Source: Paraspadella gotoi
Lineage: Eukaryota; Animalia; Chaetognatha
NCBI GenBank assembly: GCA_051294375.1
Contig: CM119263.1
Span: 2,070,113 to 2,134,112, forward strand
Direction of reading: 5' to 3'
DNA length: 64,000 nucleotides
In this document: in pieces, positions 61,001-64,000 of the stretch
How positions within the stretch are numbered: the stretch's first letter is position 1
Layout of the letters: the number at the start of each line of letters is the position of its first letter
Made by a program: the position numbers and the translations under genes
The notes under the pieces: generated by a model
Seen by the model: only the letters and a program-made list of their open reading frames with translations
Told to the model about the DNA's origin: nothing
Databases searched by the model: none

Positions 61001-63052
61001 TTTCTAAGCGGCACAGAGAAATGGATTTCTCCCTGGTGCCTCCTTTCTAAAATGTGAAGAGGCCAACTGCTTTTTAGACTTACCCGTCTGGGTGGGGAAC
61101 GACGCAGCTTCGGCGGTGGTTGAGGCCAATCGTGGCTCGAGGGATATGAGTGGCTTAGAAGGGGATTTATCAGCCAGGAGGAGAACTCGTGAATCGAAAA
61201 AAAAACCAAAAAACATTCGAGTCTTTAAAGAAAAAAAAACATCGATTGTCTGATTATTATTTTTAAATTTCGAAATTAAAATCTAAGACAAATTCTATGT
61301 AATAACAAAATATGGAAGTGTGCAGGAGGAATTACTAAAACTTCAGTATATAAATGGCTAAAAATTGTCTCAGAAAGGCAAGCCAATATTTAAAATGACA
61401 AATGATTCCGACTGGATAAGCGACCGGGAAGTGATCGATGCCTCATGAGGAGACGAGACCGAAAAAAAAATCACTCTAAGGCTCCAATCCCCACAGCTCA
61501 CTTTCACTTCCCGATACCCGGCTTCTCCCCTCCGTGAAAGTCAGGTTTCCTCAGAGCCGGTGATTGACGCTGCAAGGTCGGTTGGAAGGTCACGGTTCAA
61601 GGTTCCCGCGAAACCGAAAAAAAAAGCAAACGAAAAAAGTATAAAGCACAAATCAAACGAATATAAATCGAATCAATTGGTAAATCGTGTTTACCGAAAG
61701 GCGGAAGTTCAGATATTTTCTAAATCGAAAGGCGAATTTTCGTCCCGCATTTTTTGCGGTTTTGGCCAAAAAGAGGGAGAGGGGACCTGGGGTCGGAATA
61801 GAGGGTGGAGACAGAATACTGAACGTAAAAGCGTTTGAAGAATAATGAGTTGATTGAAAAAAAAGGGGAAAAAATAAGAAAGACGCTCAGCCTTTCGAAA
61901 AAAAGAAGAAAAAAAGAAAGTAAGAAAGAAAGAAAGAAGCTCAGTAAAAAAACTAAAAAGATTGATATATAGAAACGAAATAAAAATATGTAATTAAAAA
62001 AAAAACGAAAAAACTTTAAAAAAAAGAAATATAAGCTAAAAATAATACTAATAATATTCCTCAGTTTCGCTTACTTGCTTACTAAAAGCCAAGCGACCCA
62101 ATCCTTTAATCTCTATTATTTCCCTTCATAGATGTTCGGTCTCGGCTACATCGTGAACGTGGCTTGGGTCGCCGTCAGCGGGTGTCTGGCCATTCCCGTC
62201 TTCATTCTCGCCATCCTTCATCGTCGCTGCGGCACCATCGTCCTGGACAACGGATCCCAGACTTGCTTCACGCCCTCGGACTACGCCATCACCACCGAGG
62301 AATACAAAATCTGCGGGGCTCACTTGCAAAAATTCTGTGTCTTGGTGAGAATACTTTTCCGTAGATGTATTAACTGCAGCTGCTTAATTTCGAATTAGAA
62401 ATTGTTAAATTTGACCTTAAAAACGTAAAATTATTTTGAGGGGCTAGTATTAATATTAATATATATAATATAACATTATTAATAGTATTAATTGTTTTCT
62501 CTCCAGGGTGACGACGCTTTTCCAGCTTACATCGCAGCCTACGTTTCTTCAGTAGTTGTCGTTATTAGCACAGTAAGTTCTTTCAATTTTTAAACTTGAT
62601 CTGCCATATTTTTCATATTTCTTTTTAATTTGACAATTTTATTATTTCTGTTCTAATAAAAAATTTTCATAAATTATTTACTTGTTTCACTATTTTATAT
62701 TTTTATATTTTGAGCTGTCTTTTTGTTTTTTTTATTACCGCAAAATCACTGATATCGTTTTCGATTAGCAGTGCACTCTAACGTACAGAAAAGAAACAAA
62801 AGCGCAATTTTTATAGCATTCATAATTGTTTGTCGATCAGATTAGGTTTGTGAGTTGTCTCATAATAAAAATATTATAAGTTAACAAAAGAAACAAAGGA
62901 TTTTGATATTTTCATTATTTTTACAGATTCACTTCCTCGTTACCATCACGGCGAACTATGCGCATATAAAAAAGGACAGCAGCAACTCGTGGCACGGCGG
63001 AAGCGAGGACTACGTCGGGTCCACAAACACAATTGAGAACACGAAGATGTAA
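52276..63052 (+). CDS. M6: Myelin proteolipid family tetraspan protein (M6/GPM6/DM20-like), ~248 aa
   Basis: Exons 58278-58449, 60110-60272, 62132-62344, 62507-62572 and 62927-63052 are in consistent phase. Motifs are CCDCLGRIPCAS, FLSSGATR..LFG....ICGR, W......AIPVF, KICG..L..FC and IHFLVTITANYAHIK. The first coding exon is uncertain; 52276-52282 (ATGGCGG/gtaagt) was chosen. Confidence 0.88.
58539..58845. mobile_element. Telomere-like-array MITE copy in an M6 intron
   Basis: Imperfect TIRs tatttttcgaaagcgcctca and tattttccataagtacctaa (reverse complement of the right end), with an internal CCCTAA-like degenerate array. Confidence 0.55.
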
Positions 63053-64000
63053 ACATAAATAAAGAAAAGGGAAGAGGCCGATGGCAGCCGGTCACTCTGT
63101 CTCTATCTCTCTCTCTCTCGCTCTTCCCCCCCCCCCAAAAAAAAAGAAAATCGGTCGCCATCGGGTTTTTTCTTCTCTTTGAGTAAATCGACCAAGAAAG
63201 AAACATGGAATTAATTTAAACAACATAACAACAACAACAAAAACATCAAATCTGAAACTAAAAAAAGAAGGGGAAAAAAAGGAGTCGATCTCGGGTCCAT
63301 AACGCGCGCGTCTCTATTTCTCCGTCTTCGCTGGAGATACGAAACAAAAAAGAAAACAAATGCGTCGGGGAGAATGAACAATATTTTTGGAGATCGCGAA
63401 AAGGTCACGTGACTCGTCGCCTCCGCTTAATTTTTTTTTCCTCTCCGTTAATCTTCTTTCTTATTTAAAACAACAATCAATTTCGACTCTCAACTGAATG
63501 CTTGTGTTTGTGCTCAACGTTTGCTTCCAAAAAAAAGTCATTGCATTTATTTAAAAAAAGAAAAATGTTCGAAGGATATTTTGTAGAAACAACAAAAAAA
63601 AAAAAACAAAAAAAAAGCGTCACACGAATTTCTCGGAGAAAAAAACCAAAACTTCGGAAATCGTTCGCCCGCGACTTTTTTAGAAATTAACAAAAATCTT
63701 CTTTATTTTTTTTTTAAACACGTTTGTCATCTTCGGTGTCCTTCGCACACTTAAATACCAAGTGGCACGTCTTGTTTGTAAAATTTTCATCAAACAAGCT
63801 ACTTAAAAGAATTGTTTACATTCGAATGGCGTAGTTTTCATGAATTTGTCGACGACAACTTACAAATTCCGCTTCCCGACTTCAAAAACGACAATTAGAA
63901 ATAAAAAACAAAAAAAAACTCCTTTTGCTGTGTATTTATATACGTCGATGTCCGTTTGTTTCCTTATCTATTTTTTCAACATTTTTTATTTAACAACGCT

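Overview
This is draft-quality animal (metazoan) genomic DNA, not prokaryotic. Introns and intergenic DNA are AT-rich, exons are CpG-rich, (GA/CT)n microsatellites are very dense, and there are eight N gaps. Most of the supplied ORFs are microsatellite artefacts. Splicing by hand with GT-AG boundaries and phase checks gives five convincing multi-exon genes. (1) A 116-aa prothymosin-alpha-like polyacidic protein (-, 17832-20293). (2) A 649-aa type I membrane protein with EpCAM/Trop2 architecture (6-Cys domain, thyroglobulin type-1 domain, Cys-poor domain, TM) behind a long mucin-like Thr/Ala repeat stalk (-, 31212-33846). (3) A ~1028-aa secreted protein joining a degenerate CAP/SCP-like domain, through a long disordered region, to a collagen XV/XVIII endostatin domain with no Gly-X-Y collagen (+, 37483-43956). 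(4) MORN3 with an upstream RFX X-box (-, 44323-45983). (5) An M6/GPM6 proteolipid with several candidate first exons (+, ~52276-63052). There are also two low-confidence unrecognised gene candidates, tRNA-derived SINEs, several MITE families and satellites. The two most unusual features are the divergently oriented EpCAM-like mucin gene and CAP-endostatin gene. All homology calls are by-eye motif comparisons; no searches were run and the species cannot be determined.
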